Shown: positions 40,747 to 53,266, counted from the stretch's first letter. The stretch: DNA of 64,000 nucleotides from Vulcanimicrobiota bacterium (GCA_963733295.1 CAVTCS010000003.1:1216001-1280000); one strand, 5' to 3'. Translations and numbers: made by a program. Notes: a model not told the origin generated them from the sequence alone.

Positions 40747-41916
40747 GTGGCCTTCTACCAGCGCGCGGGCTCCGTCCCCAAGAAGCGCCACATCCAGTTC
40801 AGGCAGCCTGACGGAACGCTTTACGCCGAGGAGCTGTTCTCGACGCGCGGGTTCGAGAACGTCTATTCGCTGCTCTACCATCTGCGGCCGCCGACGGCCA
40901 CGCTCGACATCCGCGAGTGGAAGCGCAAACCGGTTGAGTACGTCGCTAACGATCCGCTTCGCAACCGCCACTTTCTGACCGGGCGTTCGGCGACCGGCGG
41001 CGATGCGATCGAGGCGCGCGTCCCATTACTCGGGAACGACGACCTGCGCATCTCGATTGCCGACGTGAGCGAGGGCGGCGAGCGTTTCTACCGCAACGTC
41101 GGCGGCGACGAGCTGCTTTTCGTGCATCGGGGAAGCGGCACGCTGCAGACGGCGTTCGGCGAGATCGCCTACCGGCCGCACGATTATCTCGTGATCCCTT
41201 CAGGCGCTACGTATCGCCTCCAGCCGGCCGAATCGACGCGCCTCGTCATCCACGAGTCGCGCGGCCACGTGGCGATTCCCCGCAAGTTCCGAAACGAGTA
41301 CGGGCAACTCGAAGAACACGCGCCGTACTACGAGCGTGACTTTCGCGTTCCGGTCTTGGGCGATCCCGTCGACGCTCAAGGCGAATTCGAAATTCGCGTG
41401 ACCAACGCGGGACGCAACGCACTCTACGTCGTCCAGAACCATCCCTTCGATTTGGTCGGCTGGGACGGATACTGTTACCCCTATGCGTTCAATGCCGATG
41501 AATATGCTCCGATCACCGGCAAACTGCACCAGCCGCCGCCTTCGCACGCGACGTTCGAAGCGCCGGGCGCCGCCTTCTGCGTTTTCGTGCCGCGGCTGTT
41601 CGACTACCATCCGCTCGCGATTCCGGTCCCGTACAATCACTCGAGCGTCGACTGCGACGAAGTTCTGTACTACGTCAGCGGGAACTTTATGAGCCGGCGC
41701 GGCGTCAACGAAGGCTCGGTCACGCTGCATGCGGCCGGCGCTCCGCACGGACCGCAGCCCGGAGCGGTCGAGGCGAGCCTCGGCAAGACGGCCACCGACG
41801 AGCTGGCCATCATGGTCGACACGTTTGCGCCGCTCCGCATCGCGACCCCGGCGCTCGCCCTCGAGGACCCGGCCTACTTCCGCTCGTGGCTCGAGTCGGG
41901 GGCCGCGGCTCGCTGA
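40747..41916 (+). CDS. hmgA: Homogentisate 1,2-dioxygenase
   Basis: PKKRH, HPFDLVGWDG, HQPPP.H, PYNHS.VD.DE, HGPQPG. Confidence 0.93.
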   Translation: MAFYQRAGSVPKKRHIQFRQPDGTLYAEELFSTRGFENVYSLLYHLRPPTATLDIREWKRKPVEYVANDPLRNRHFLTGRSATGGDAIEARVPLLGNDDLRISIADVSEGGERFYRNVGGDELLFVHRGSGTLQTAFGEIAYRPHDYLVIPSGATYRLQPAESTRLVIHESRGHVAIPRKFRNEYGQLEEHAPYYERDFRVPVLGDPVDAQGEFEIRVTNAGRNALYVVQNHPFDLVGWDGYCYPYAFNADEYAPITGKLHQPPPSHATFEAPGAAFCVFVPRLFDYHPLAIPVPYNHSSVDCDEVLYYVSGNFMSRRGVNEGSVTLHAAGAPHGPQPGAVEASLGKTATDELAIMVDTFAPLRIATPALALEDPAYFRSWLESGAAAR

Positions 41917-41977
41917 TCTCTGGGCCCGGCGACGCCGGCGCGTAGGGTTGCGCAGCCGCGCCGCAAACCGCATTCGT

Positions 41978-43072
41978 ATGACGAGCGCGCTCGATGAACT
42001 CGACTGGGATCATCTTCATTTTTTCGTCGGAAACGCGAAGCAAGCTGCGCACTACTACGCGACCGCCTTCGGTTTCCACGTCACGGCCTACGCAGGGCCG
42101 GAAACCGGGCTGCGCGGCCGCGCTTCCTATGTCATCGAGCAGCACGGTTTGCGCTTCGCGCTGACCAGCGCTCTCGATGCGAGCGACCCGATCGCACGCC
42201 ACGTCGAACGCCACGGCGACGGGGTGCGCGACGTCGCTCTACGCGTCCCGGATGCCAGTGCCGCGTACGAGGCGGCCGTCGCCGGCGGGGCTCGCCCCGT
42301 GGCGCCCCCGCAAGTCCAAGCCGACGACTTCGGCAAAGTCGCGCTCGCCTCCGTAGCGAGCTACGGCGACACGATCCACACCTTCGTGGAACGCGAAGCT
42401 TACCGCGGACCGTTCCTGCCGCGCTACGTTCCGGTCGCGAGCGGTCCGCACGCCCCGCACCGCGTGGCTTTGCGCCACATCGATCACGTCGTCGGCAACG
42501 TCGGCTGGAACGAAATGGATTCGTGGGTGCGCTACTACCGGAAGGCCTTCGGCTTCGATCAGCTCGCCTCGTTCGACGACAAAGACATTTCGACCGAATA
42601 CTCGGCGCTGCGCTCGAAGGTCGTCTCCGACGCGCGCCGGCGCGTGAAGTTTCCGATCAACGAGCCGGCCGAGGGCCGCAAACGTTCCCAGATCGAGGAG
42701 TTTCTCGATTCGTACGGCGGTCCCGGAGTTCAACACGTCGCGATCGCGACCGACGACATCGTGGAGAGCGTGCGCGCCCTGCGCGCGAACGGCGTTGCCT
42801 TTTTGGAAACCCCGGGTTCCTATTACGACGCTCTCGAATCGCGCGTTGGGCAAATCGCCGAAGCGACCGAGACGCTGCGCGAGTTGAACATCCTCGTCGA
42901 TCGCGACGAGCTCGGCTACATGCTACAGATCTTTACCAAACCGTTGCAAGACCGGCCGACGCTGTTTTTCGAGATCATCCAGCGTCGCGGCAGTCTGTCC
43001 TTCGGAAAGGGCAACTTCAAGGCGCTCTTCGTTTCGATCGAAGAGGAGCAGGCGAAAAGAGGCAACCTCTAG
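41978..43072 (+). CDS. hppD: 4-hydroxyphenylpyruvate dioxygenase
   Basis: IDHVVGN, GVQHVA, FFEIIQR, FGKGNFKALF. Confidence 0.96.
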   Translation: MTSALDELDWDHLHFFVGNAKQAAHYYATAFGFHVTAYAGPETGLRGRASYVIEQHGLRFALTSALDASDPIARHVERHGDGVRDVALRVPDASAAYEAAVAGGARPVAPPQVQADDFGKVALASVASYGDTIHTFVEREAYRGPFLPRYVPVASGPHAPHRVALRHIDHVVGNVGWNEMDSWVRYYRKAFGFDQLASFDDKDISTEYSALRSKVVSDARRRVKFPINEPAEGRKRSQIEEFLDSYGGPGVQHVAIATDDIVESVRALRANGVAFLETPGSYYDALESRVGQIAEATETLRELNILVDRDELGYMLQIFTKPLQDRPTLFFEIIQRRGSLSFGKGNFKALFVSIEEEQAKRGNL

Positions 43073-43234
43073 CCGGGTCCCCCGGATCTGGGACCAAGGA
43101 TCCTTTGCCCGGCGAAAGGGCACCGGCGCGTTTCGCGAGTATGTACCGCGTAGCAAGCGGGGGCCATCCGGTTCTGCCTTGCTGCGTTTTCGCTTGGGGC
43201 GTGCAAGCGTCCCGAAGGAAAGGGTGCACGACGT

Positions 43235-44752
43235 ATGCGGCCGGAGCGACCGAACGACCTTAATATTCGAGCCCTGCTGACGATCGCGACCTTCGGTGTC
43301 GCCGCCAGCGTCATTAGCGCCTGCGGCGGCTCGGCAAGCCCCGCGCAGCCCATTCTGGGCGGGGGTGGCCGGCCAACGCCCACGCCCCATGTCACGGTCA
43401 CGCCGACCGGTGGACCGTCGGTGACGCCATCGCCCACGCCGCCGCCCAGCAGCGGCGGCTCGGAAGCTGCCTGCGTGCTCACCGTGCCCGGCACCGGTAA
43501 GACCTATGCCTTCGTGCCGGCAAGCAGCGCGACCGACTCCCAGGGATACCCCGACAGCCTTGCCGAGGTGACGATCGCCACCGGTACGACGATCGCTTCG
43601 CACCTGCGTCCAATTGCGCCGCAGCAGCACGCTGCCCTCCAGCACGCTGCCCTGCCGCAGCACGCCACCCGCCGCTGGTACTCCCGAGAGTACCGCGGCA
43701 GGCTCCTCCACTACGCGGCGGACCCAATCTCGCCCCTCATTGGGCTGACCCCGGGGCCGTCTGAGTGCGGCGCCGATGCCACCCTTCAGAACCTCTATCT
43801 CATCAGCAACGGAACGATCTACCCGGCCAGCCCGATCGTCAACGTCGTCAACGTCAGCGCCTCGGCCGGGATGACGCAGACCGGGACGTTCACAACGGAC
43901 GCGACGATCGGGGTTTCATTCAGCGGAGGCACGTTCGACATCACGGGCGTCGTGTGGGATCCGGATGACTCATCGGTCCTGATCTCTTCGAGTACCGGCT
44001 ACGAGCTCTATAGCTCCACCGGCACGAAGATCAAGGGCGTCGCCGATAGCGCCGGACCGGCCGAGAACTTCGGTTACGATGCCGTAACCGACATCGTCTG
44101 GTCCCCCACCTATGCGACGGCTCCAGCCTCGATGAGCATCGTGAACATGAACAGCGGAAACGTTTACATGTTTGCGTCGCCCCCGCCGACCCTGGACGTG
44201 CCCGACTCGGGTGCAGTCGATCTGCAAACGAACGTCGCTATCTCTCCCGAAGAGGGACCGGGAATCGTGCACGTCCTGAACCTCGGCGCGCTGACCCTCG
44301 CCGGCAGCACGTTCACCGCGCCTGAAACCGAGTTCAACCTCGCGAACGTCGACCCGGGAGTCGGTACGTACGTACCGGCATCCGCAGTCGACTCCTTGGC
44401 ACACATTGGATTCCTCTCCGGAGAGTTCGGTACGATCGACTTCTGCGCGATCCAGTTACCGACGACCGCAGGCACCACTGCTCCGGTGGTGAGCGACTGG
44501 GTGTGTGCGAACTTCCCGAACACGCCGGACGCTCAACAATTCGCGTCCCCGTACGACCCGCACGCCACGTCGACGTTCGACCTGGGGACGGGCCACTACG
44601 GGCTGATGTTCAATCAGCAGGACAGCTACGTTGCGGTCGTCGACCTCAACAAGCTGCTGGCGGCACCGCGTGAAGCGTCGCCGTACCAGAACACGGTCAT
44701 GCCGACCTACGACCTGGTCGCGAACAACGTGGTCTTCTACATCCAGATCTAA
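43235..44752 (+). CDS. Large beta-rich lipoprotein of unknown function
   Basis: Lipobox ISAC, P/T linker, beta-strand-rich body. Confidence 0.78.
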   Translation: MRPERPNDLNIRALLTIATFGVAASVISACGGSASPAQPILGGGGRPTPTPHVTVTPTGGPSVTPSPTPPPSSGGSEAACVLTVPGTGKTYAFVPASSATDSQGYPDSLAEVTIATGTTIASHLRPIAPQQHAALQHAALPQHATRRWYSREYRGRLLHYAADPISPLIGLTPGPSECGADATLQNLYLISNGTIYPASPIVNVVNVSASAGMTQTGTFTTDATIGVSFSGGTFDITGVVWDPDDSSVLISSSTGYELYSSTGTKIKGVADSAGPAENFGYDAVTDIVWSPTYATAPASMSIVNMNSGNVYMFASPPPTLDVPDSGAVDLQTNVAISPEEGPGIVHVLNLGALTLAGSTFTAPETEFNLANVDPGVGTYVPASAVDSLAHIGFLSGEFGTIDFCAIQLPTTAGTTAPVVSDWVCANFPNTPDAQQFASPYDPHATSTFDLGTGHYGLMFNQQDSYVAVVDLNKLLAAPREASPYQNTVMPTYDLVANNVVFYIQI

Positions 44753-44771
44753 CGACGAACGAGTCGTTAAC

Positions 44772-44810
44772 GAAAGGAGCGGCGGGAAACCCCCGTCGCT
44801 CCTTTCTTTT
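44772..44810. terminator. Intrinsic terminator between convergent genes
   Basis: GAAAGGAGCGGCGGG / CCCGTCGCTCCTTTC followed by TTTT. Confidence 0.85.
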
Positions 44811-44840
44811 GGTCGATCGCGGTTTGGAGCCGAGCTCGTT

Positions 44841-45149
44841 CTAAGCCTTGAGTTCGATGTCCACGCCGGCCGGCAAGTCGAGGTGCATGAGCGCGTCCAT
44901 CGTCTTGGGCGAGGCCTGAAGGATGTCGATGAGCCGCTTGTGGGTGCGCATCTCGAAGTGCTCGCGGCTCTTCTTGTCGACGTGCGGCGACCGGTTCACG
45001 CAGAACCGGTTGATCTCGGTCGGCAGCGGAACCGGTCCGCTGACGAACGCGCCGGTGCGTTTCGCCGTATCGACGATCCGCTCCGCCGATTGATCGAGGA
45101 CCTTGTGGTCGTAGGCCTTCAGGCGGATGCGGATCTTCTGTTTTGCCAT
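44841..45149 (-). CDS. rpsJ: 30S ribosomal protein S10
   Basis: [25 protein letters not shown]. Confidence 0.99.
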   Translation of the reverse strand: MAKQKIRIRLKAYDHKVLDQSAERIVDTAKRTGAFVSGPVPLPTEINRFCVNRSPHVDKKSREHFEMRTHKRLIDILQASPKTMDALMHLDLPAGVDIELKA

Positions 45150-45150
45150 G

Positions 45151-46353
<1,203 letters not shown>

Positions 46354-46396
46354 TTTTTCTTCTTACTTCCTTACGGCGCTGTGGTGATACGGCCGG

Positions 46397-48502
46397 CTAA
46401 ACGCCGACCGGCTTCTTGCCTTGAGCTTTGGCGACGATCTCTTCCTCGACGGACCTCGGCGCCTTTTCGTAGTGGTCGAACTCCATGGTGTACGTGGCGC
46501 GTCCCTGCGTCGCTGAACGCATGTCGGTCGCGTATCCGAACATTTCCGAGAGCGGAACGTTCGCCGTAATCGTGACCGCCGAGCCTGCGACCTCGTCGCT
46601 TGAGATGATCATACCGCGGCGCCGATTGAGGTCGCCGTTGATCGCGCCGAGGTAATCCTTCGGCGTCGTCACTTCGACTTTCATGATCGGCTCGAGCAAA
46701 ATGGGGCCTGCTGCCTGATTTGCCGCCTTGAACGCCATCGAACCTGCGATTTTGAAGGCCATTTCCGACGAGTCGACGTCGTGATAGCTGCCGTCGAAGA
46801 CCGTCGCCTTGATGTCCAAGACCGGATAACCGGCCAGGACGCCACTCTCCGACGCCTCGCGGATTCCCTCGGAAATCGCCTTTTGGTATTCCTTCGGGAT
46901 GGTGCCGCCCACGACGCCCCAAACGAACTGATAGCCGGCGTTCGTCTCGCCGGGTTCAAGCTTGAGCCAAACGTCGCCGTACTGACCCTTGCCGCCGGTT
47001 TGGCGGATGAACTTGCCTTGTTTTTCGACGGTCTTGGTGATCGCTTCTTTGTAGGCGACTTGCGGCTTGCCGACGTTCGCTTCGACTTTGAATTCGCGCT
47101 TAAGCCGGTCGAGGATGATCTCGAGGTGCAACTCGCCCATTCCGCCGATGATCGTCTGCTGCGTTTCGTCGTCGGTCCGCATGCGGAAGGTCGGATCTTC
47201 CTGAGCCAAGCGGCCCAGAGCCGTGCCGAGCTTGTCCTGATCGACCTTCGTCTTGGGTTCGATCGCTTGGAAGATGACCGGTTCCGGAAACGTGATCGAT
47301 TCCAGGATGATCGGCTTCTTCTCGTCGCACAGCGTGTCACCGGTGCGCGTATCGGTGAGACCGACCGCGGCCGCGATGTCGCCCGCGCCGATCGCATCGA
47401 TGTCCTCGCGGTGATTGGCGTGCATGCGCAAGATGCGGCCGATCCGCTCTTTCCGGCCGCTGCGCGCATTGTACACGTAGCTACCCTTTTCGAGCGTGCC
47501 GGAATAGACTCGGAAATACGTCAGGTTACCGTAAGGGTCGGTCGCGATCTTGAAAGCGAGCGCAGCGAACGGTTCTTTGTCGTCGGCCTTGCGTTCGATT
47601 TGCTTGTCGTGGTCGTTCGGATCCATGCCGTAGATCGGCTTTGCATCCGGCGGCGAAGGCAAGAAATCGACCACGGCATCGAGCAGCGGCTGGATGCCCT
47701 TGTTCTTGAAAGCCGAACCGCACAGCATCGGCAAAACCGAGCCGGCGATCGTGGCTTTGCGCAGCGCCGCCTTCAAACGCGGCACCGGCAATTCCTCACC
47801 TGCGAAGAACTTTTCGAGGAGCTCGTCGTCTTGCTCGGCGATCGCCTCGATTAAGGCTTGGCGCCACTTCATCGCAAGGTCGCGCAACTCGCCCGGTTCG
47901 ACTTCTTCCTCGGCCATGGTCGAGCCGGCATCGTCCGTGTAAACGACTTTCTTCATCGTGAAGAGGTCGACGACGCCTTTGAACTTATCCTCGGCTCCGA
48001 TAGGAACTTGAATCGGCGTCGCCGGCGCTCCAAGGCGCTCGCGAATCTTGTCGACGCAGTTGAAGAAATCGGCCCCGACCCGGTCCATCTTGTTGACGAA
48101 GATGACTCGCGGGACTTTGTACTTATTAGCCTGGCGCCAAACCGTCTCGGATTGGGGTTGGACGGCCGCGACCGAGTCGAACAGCGCCACGAGCCCGTCG
48201 AGGACGCGGAGGCTCCGTTCCACCTCCACCGTAAAGTCAACGTGGCCAGGCGTATCGATGATGTTGATGCGCGTGTCACGCCAGGTGCAGGCCGTCGCGG
48301 CGGACGTGATCGTAATGCCGCGCTCCTGCTCCTGAACCATCCAGTCCATCGTGGCAGCGCCGTCGTGGACTTCGCCGATCTTGTGCGTGCGGCCGGTGTA
48401 AAAGAGAATACGCTCGGTCGCGGTGGTTTTTCCCGCATCGATGTGCGCAGCAATTCCGATATTCCGAGTCCGCTCGAGCGGATACTCGCGTTGGAGTGCC
48501 AT
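46397..48502 (-). CDS. fusA: Elongation factor G
   Basis: [31 protein letters not shown]. Confidence 0.99.
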   Translation of the reverse strand: MALQREYPLERTRNIGIAAHIDAGKTTATERILFYTGRTHKIGEVHDGAATMDWMVQEQERGITITSAATACTWRDTRINIIDTPGHVDFTVEVERSLRVLDGLVALFDSVAAVQPQSETVWRQANKYKVPRVIFVNKMDRVGADFFNCVDKIRERLGAPATPIQVPIGAEDKFKGVVDLFTMKKVVYTDDAGSTMAEEEVEPGELRDLAMKWRQALIEAIAEQDDELLEKFFAGEELPVPRLKAALRKATIAGSVLPMLCGSAFKNKGIQPLLDAVVDFLPSPPDAKPIYGMDPNDHDKQIERKADDKEPFAALAFKIATDPYGNLTYFRVYSGTLEKGSYVYNARSGRKERIGRILRMHANHREDIDAIGAGDIAAAVGLTDTRTGDTLCDEKKPIILESITFPEPVIFQAIEPKTKVDQDKLGTALGRLAQEDPTFRMRTDDETQQTIIGGMGELHLEIILDRLKREFKVEANVGKPQVAYKEAITKTVEKQGKFIRQTGGKGQYGDVWLKLEPGETNAGYQFVWGVVGGTIPKEYQKAISEGIREASESGVLAGYPVLDIKATVFDGSYHDVDSSEMAFKIAGSMAFKAANQAAGPILLEPIMKVEVTTPKDYLGAINGDLNRRRGMIISSDEVAGSAVTITANVPLSEMFGYATDMRSATQGRATYTMEFDHYEKAPRSVEEEIVAKAQGKKPVGV

Positions 48503-48508
48503 GTCCGA

Positions 48509-48979
48509 TTACCAGCGATAATGCGCGAACGCTTTGTTTGCGTCGGCCATCTTATGCGTGTCTTCGCGCTTCTTCACGGTCGCGCCCAAGTTGTTGGCGG
48601 CATCCATGAGTTCGGCTGCGAGCTTCTCTTCCATCGAATGGCCCGGCCGCTTGCGCGCGTACTGAATCAACCAGCGCATGGCCATCGCCTGGCGCCGGTC
48701 GGGACGGACTTCCATCGGTACCTGATAGGTCGCACCGCCGACGCGGCGAGGACGGACTTCGACCAGCGGCATGGCGTTGCCGAGCGCTTGCGTGAAGACG
48801 TCCATGGGATCGCGGCCCATCTTCTCCTGAACGATGTTCAGCGCATCATAGGTAATGCGCTCGGCAGTCGATTTCTTGCCGGCGAGCATGACCTTATTGA
48901 TGAAGCGCGCGAGAACTTTGGAGTTGAAGCGCGGATCGGGCAAAATTTGCCGTTTCGGGACGGCGCCCTTACGTGGCAT
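48509..48979 (-). CDS. rpsG: 30S ribosomal protein S7
   Basis: [20 protein letters not shown]. Confidence 0.99.
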   Translation of the reverse strand: MPRKGAVPKRQILPDPRFNSKVLARFINKVMLAGKKSTAERITYDALNIVQEKMGRDPMDVFTQALGNAMPLVEVRPRRVGGATYQVPMEVRPDRRQAMAMRWLIQYARKRPGHSMEEKLAAELMDAANNLGATVKKREDTHKMADANKAFAHYRW

Positions 48980-48994
48980 CTGCGGAAACTTCCC

Positions 48995-49435
48995 TTACTT
49001 TTTGGCGGAGCGCTTGGCCCCGTACTTCGAGCGGCCTTGCTTGCGGTTCGCGACACCTGAGGTGTCGAGCGTACCGCGGATGATGTGATAGCGGATACCG
49101 GGCAAATCTTTGACGCGCCCACCGCGGATCAGCACCACGGAATGCTCCTGCAGATTGTGGCCTACGCCTGGAATGTACGCCGTTACTTCTTCACCGTTGG
49201 TCAGCCGCACGCGCGCGACTTTGCGCAACGCCGAATTCGGCTTCTTGGGCGTGATCGTCTTGACTTGCGTGCAAACCCCGCGGCGAAACGGATTGCCGCG
49301 CACTTCGAAGGTACGTAAGGGCAGGTCGGGGTGACCCGGCTTGGGGCCCGTCTGGGCCACACGAAGCGCCGGCGCCTTGACCTTTTTTTCGATTTTCTGA
49401 CGTCCCTTACGGACGAGCTGACTGATGGTCGGCAC
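48995..49435 (-). CDS. rpsL: 30S ribosomal protein S12
   Basis: [28 protein letters not shown] start after GGAG. Confidence 0.99.
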   Translation of the reverse strand: MPTISQLVRKGRQKIEKKVKAPALRVAQTGPKPGHPDLPLRTFEVRGNPFRRGVCTQVKTITPKKPNSALRKVARVRLTNGEEVTAYIPGVGHNLQEHSVVLIRGGRVKDLPGIRYHIIRGTLDTSGVANRKQGRSKYGAKRSAKK

Positions 49436-49569
49436 GCACTCTCCATGCAACGGCATCTCCTCGCAGAGACGCACACACAAATTCCGCCCCACCGCCGGTG
49501 GGCCGGAACCTCCGGATTGTAGCAGGTTCCGGACAAAGGCGTCAATGCAAAATGGGTGCTCGCACCGCC

Positions 49570-49755
49570 CTACGCGCAGACGCTCCCCACGCACGGTCCA
49601 AAACCCCGAAAACGCGGTCCGCGTTTCCGCTCCAAGACCGCCGCTTCTCCCAACGCCGTCAAGCTGTAGCGGATCTCTTCCGGCTCGTCGTTCGGCTCCC
49701 AGGCCGCTTCGGCGCTTTCTCCCGGCTCCGAGCCGGGCGATCGTCTGTCGTCCAT
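49570..49755 (-). CDS. Small hypothetical protein upstream of rpsL
   Basis: Purine-rich RBS; 61 aa; YSLTALG motif. Confidence 0.5.
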   Translation of the reverse strand: MDDRRSPGSEPGESAEAAWEPNDEPEEIRYSLTALGEAAVLERKRGPRFRGFGPCVGSVCA

Positions 49756-49992
49756 TGCTTCCCTTCTTTCCTGTCTGAGCCTCAGGATAGGCCCGCAGGG
49801 TGCCAGCATAGTGGCACAGCGTCCCCGGGTCGGGCCGGAAAAAGCTGAGCCAAAACCTACCTCCAAGGCCTCGGCTCCTAGGAAAGCTGACGAGCGAGAG
49901 GGGGCGCCGCTCTCGCGAGGTCGCCGCAGGCGTCAGCCGAGCGAGCGGTGGCGGCCGCAAGGCGTCGAAATTCGTCCATCGGAGGATTTGGA

Positions 49993-50805
49993 ATGCGCCT
50001 GACCACCGCCCAGCTTGAGGACTTCGACCGCGACGGGTTCGTTCGTTTCGAAAACCTTTTCTCGCAGGCTGAAATCGAGACGCTGCGTTCCGAGCTCAAT
50101 CGCATTTCCATGGTCGACGATCCCTCGATCATTCGCGAGCGAAACGGCGCACTTCGCACGGTCTATCGCTCGCACGAAACGGACGGAGCGACCCGCTCGC
50201 ACGCGTTTCGTGCGCTGGCCTGTTCGCCGCGTTTCCTCGAGCCTGCCCGCCAAGTCTTGCGCGACGAAGAGCTGTACATCTATCACAGCAAGTGCAACAT
50301 CAAGACGGCGATCGACGGTACGGTGTGGCTCTGGCACCAAGACTACGGCTACTGGCAGCACGACGGCGTGCCGACCTCGAACATGGCCACCTACCTCGTG
50401 ATGCTCGACGAAGCGACGGAACTGGGTGGCTGTCTGTACTTCATTCCGGGCAGTCACAAACTGCCGGTGCTACCGGCCTCCAAAGACGAAACGACGACGT
50501 CCTACCCGCAGTGGGCGATCCACAAGGAAGAGATGCGCTCGCTTCTGCGCCGCTCACCGGAGCCGGTCGCGATCAGCGGCGGCCCGGGCACGGCGGTCCT
50601 CTTCCACTGCAAGATCGTCCATTCGTCGGGCCACAATCTGTCCGCCAACGATCGCTGGCACGTTTACATGGCTTACAATCCGACGCGCAATCATCCGGAT
50701 CCGATCCCGCCGAATCCCCGTCCGGACTACGTCGTCTCGAGGAACTACAAGCCGCTGGAGATCATGCCGGACGACGCGATTCTCAAGTCGCCGGTGAGCG
50801 TTTAG
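49993..50805 (+). CDS. Fe(II)/2-oxoglutarate dioxygenase, PhyH family
   Basis: WHQD...H facial triad, IPGSH, C-terminal R; GGAGG RBS. Confidence 0.9.
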   Translation: MRLTTAQLEDFDRDGFVRFENLFSQAEIETLRSELNRISMVDDPSIIRERNGALRTVYRSHETDGATRSHAFRALACSPRFLEPARQVLRDEELYIYHSKCNIKTAIDGTVWLWHQDYGYWQHDGVPTSNMATYLVMLDEATELGGCLYFIPGSHKLPVLPASKDETTTSYPQWAIHKEEMRSLLRRSPEPVAISGGPGTAVLFHCKIVHSSGHNLSANDRWHVYMAYNPTRNHPDPIPPNPRPDYVVSRNYKPLEIMPDDAILKSPVSV

Positions 50806-50821
50806 CAACCCCGGACCGGCG

Positions 50822-51481
50822 TTAGTAGCGCAACTCCGCCGAGGCGATGGTTCGGCCACCTTCGCGCAAGTTGACGGCGCTCGCGCGCACGCCCGCGAAG
50901 AGCGACGCCACCGCGCCATCTGAGACGAGCGGACCGAGATCGCGTTCGACGCCGTTTACCGTAGCCACGACCCGCACGCCGGACGGCGGGCGGTCGGCGA
51001 GAACGTAAATCCAACCGCCGTCGCGCGCGTACAGAACCTTCGCGGAGACCGCATCTTGCGGAGCCGACGTCATCGTGACGTGGAGGAAATGCCCGTGCAC
51101 GACGTGCGTCAAGGCCGCGTCTTCCTGCGCGAGGTCGCCGCGTATCTGCTGATTTTGAACGAGCGTCCCGCCGAGCGCGAATACGAGCACCGCCGCCGCT
51201 GCGAGCGGCGCGAGCGCGCGCAGTTTGGGAAACGAACTGCGCGCCCGAGTCCGTTCAGCGGGGCCGGCCAGCGAACTCGCCAATCGGGCGCCGAGCGACG
51301 CCGGCGGCCGCGCGCGGGGAATTGCCGCCGTTAGGGACGCGACGGTCTCTTCGGCCGCACCGACGAGCCGCGTGCATTCATCGCAGGCCGCTACATGTGC
51401 GTCGACAGCGGCGCGTTCGGCGTCGTCCAGCATTCCGAGCGCGTACGCCTCGACCTGCTCCTGCACGTGCGCGCCGTTCAC
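50822..51481 (-). CDS. Anti-sigma factor (zf-HC2, RskA-like)
   Basis: YALG.L, HVAACDEC, one TM helix; coupled to sigma gene. Confidence 0.88.
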   Translation of the reverse strand: MNGAHVQEQVEAYALGMLDDAERAAVDAHVAACDECTRLVGAAEETVASLTAAIPRARPPASLGARLASSLAGPAERTRARSSFPKLRALAPLAAAAVLVFALGGTLVQNQQIRGDLAQEDAALTHVVHGHFLHVTMTSAPQDAVSAKVLYARDGGWIYVLADRPPSGVRVVATVNGVERDLGPLVSDGAVASLFAGVRASAVNLREGGRTIASAELRY

Positions 51482-52044
51482 GAACGGTAATCCATGCGGA
51501 GATCGTCCTTGAGCTTGCGCATTGCAAGCATGACCCGGCTCTTCACCGTCCCGAGCGGCACGTCCAACTTTTCGGCGATCTCCCGCTGCGAGAGGTTCTC
51601 GAAGTACGCGCTCTCCAACGCCACGCGTTGTTCCGGCGGCAGCCTTCCGAGCGCCGCCCGCACGCGCGCGGCCTCGACCGGATCGACCACGAACGGGTCG
51701 GCATCCGGCACCGGCTCGAGTCGAAAGGCTTTCTTTTCGCGCTCGAGCCGCCGGCCCGCGCTGCGCATGCGGCTCATCGCTTCGTTGCGAACGCAGACGA
51801 TGAGAAACGCGCGCAACGAGCCGCGCTCGAGCCGGAAGGAACCCGGAGTCTGCCAGACTCGGATCAGCGCGTCGTGCACGCAATCCTCGGCGTCTGCGGC
51901 GTTTCGCAAAACGGCGCGTGCGACCGAATACAGCTCGACCGCGTAGCTCTCGTACGCGATTCCGAGAGCGGCCGGCCGGCGCGCGATGAAGCCGGCCGCG
52001 AGCGCCTGGGGGTCCGCGTCCATTCCGGCTGGCTTCTGCGGCAC
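51478..52044 (-). CDS. ECF sigma factor (SigK-like)
   Basis: AEDCVHD...W; LPPEQR...GTVKSR. Confidence 0.92.
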   Translation of the reverse strand: MPQKPAGMDADPQALAAGFIARRPAALGIAYESYAVELYSVARAVLRNAADAEDCVHDALIRVWQTPGSFRLERGSLRAFLIVCVRNEAMSRMRSAGRRLEREKKAFRLEPVPDADPFVVDPVEAARVRAALGRLPPEQRVALESAYFENLSQREIAEKLDVPLGTVKSRVMLAMRKLKDDLRMDYRS

Positions 52045-52050
52045 CGCAAC

Positions 52051-52935
52051 TTATCCCAGCGCATACTCTTGGACGAGCGAACCCGCAGCGCTAAGAGCAA
52101 CCGTTCGATAACCCAATTCGCCGAGCAGATGGTCGGGCGGTACTACGAGGGGTCCGGGTTTATCGGCGGTGCCGGGTTTCGGCTGCGGATACGCGGTCGA
52201 GTGGGCGGTGTAGAAGCGGATGTTTCCTTCGGTATGCTCCATGACTTGATGGATGTGGCCATTCAGCACCGTGACGCTCGAGAAGGGCTGGAGCAGCGCA
52301 AGTGCCTTGTTGCCGTCAGCGGTTTCCCAGCCCCAAGCCGGGAACAGCGCGTAAAGCGGCACGTGGCCGAAAACGACGATCGGAGTGGTCCGCTTTTGCG
52401 CGGCGAGATCCGTCTTGAGCCAGTCGATCTGATCCTGCCCGAGGAGCCCGTTCTTCTCGAAATTGAACACGTTGACGAGCGCCACGAAGTGCACGCCCTG
52501 CATGTCGAACGAGAACCATGGGGTTTTGCTGTCCTTGCGCGCGAACGCCGCAAAGAACGCCTTGCCTTCATCACCGATGAAGTCGTGTTCGCCGGGAATC
52601 ACAACCAACGGCGCCTTCAGACTCGCTAGGAGATTTTTGGCTGCATCGAACTGAGCGGGCTTCGAGAGGTGCGTGACGTCGCCGGTGTGGATGACGAAGG
52701 CCGGCTGGACCTGCATCGCGTTGATACGCTCGATCGCCATTTGGAACGTATCCGCGACGTGGTCGTTGGCCGGCTGATTGAAACCGATGTGGCTGTCGCT
52801 GATCTGAACGAAACTGAAGGCTCCAGCTGGAACGTCGGCCAGAGCGGTGGCGCGCAGCGTTCCGACGCCTGACAAAGTGAAGGCAATGCCCGCACCCGTC
52901 CAACCGACGTGCTCGAGAAAGTCGCGACGTTGCAT
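52051..52935 (-). CDS. Tat-exported metallophosphoesterase
   Basis: RRDFL; DSH, GD, GEHD, GHIH. Confidence 0.9.
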   Translation of the reverse strand: MQRRDFLEHVGWTGAGIAFTLSGVGTLRATALADVPAGAFSFVQISDSHIGFNQPANDHVADTFQMAIERINAMQVQPAFVIHTGDVTHLSKPAQFDAAKNLLASLKAPLVVIPGEHDFIGDEGKAFFAAFARKDSKTPWFSFDMQGVHFVALVNVFNFEKNGLLGQDQIDWLKTDLAAQKRTTPIVVFGHVPLYALFPAWGWETADGNKALALLQPFSSVTVLNGHIHQVMEHTEGNIRFYTAHSTAYPQPKPGTADKPGPLVVPPDHLLGELGYRTVALSAAGSLVQEYALG

Positions 52936-52936
52936 G

Positions 52937-53266
52937 TTAGCTCCCTGCTTTCTGCTCGACCGGGATGACGACGACGACGCCTTTCATGTACGGATGGAGA
53001 GCGCAAAAGTACGCGTACTTCCCGGGTTGCGTGAAGGTGTGCGTCCAACTCTGATGCGCGTCGAGGCCGCCCGAGTCGAACGATTTATCGGTCGCGGTGA
53101 CGGTGTGCGCGTCGGAGTCGTCGTTGACGAACTGGACCGCGTCTCCCGCGTGGACGGTGACCGTCGCATCGTGAAAAGCGTAGTCGTGCATGTGCACGAC
53201 GACGGCGGGTGCCGGGCTCGCGGAGGCGAGCGCCGCGAGTAGGAAGGCCGAGAAAATGATGTTCAT
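52937..53266 (-). CDS. Cupredoxin (amicyanin/plastocyanin-like)
   Basis: Signal peptide; HTV and CALHPYM ligands. Confidence 0.9.
   Translation of the reverse strand: MNIIFSAFLLAALASASPAPAVVVHMHDYAFHDATVTVHAGDAVQFVNDDSDAHTVTATDKSFDSGGLDAHQSWTHTFTQPGKYAYFCALHPYMKGVVVVIPVEQKAGS

Noticed and set aside
49887..49920. Hammerhead ribozyme (CTGACGA followed by a stem)
   Set aside because: Stem is followed by GAGG, not the required GAAA, and stems I/III were not found
48995..49960. N-terminally extended RpsL, and similar extensions for LepA, HmgA, HppD, CydB and the anti-sigma factor
   Set aside because: ORF-caller artefacts; better starts with RBS or stop-start overlaps lie downstream
49993..50805. 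Ectoine hydroxylase ectD
   Set aside because: Lacks the FxWHSDFETWH signature; no ectABC nearby
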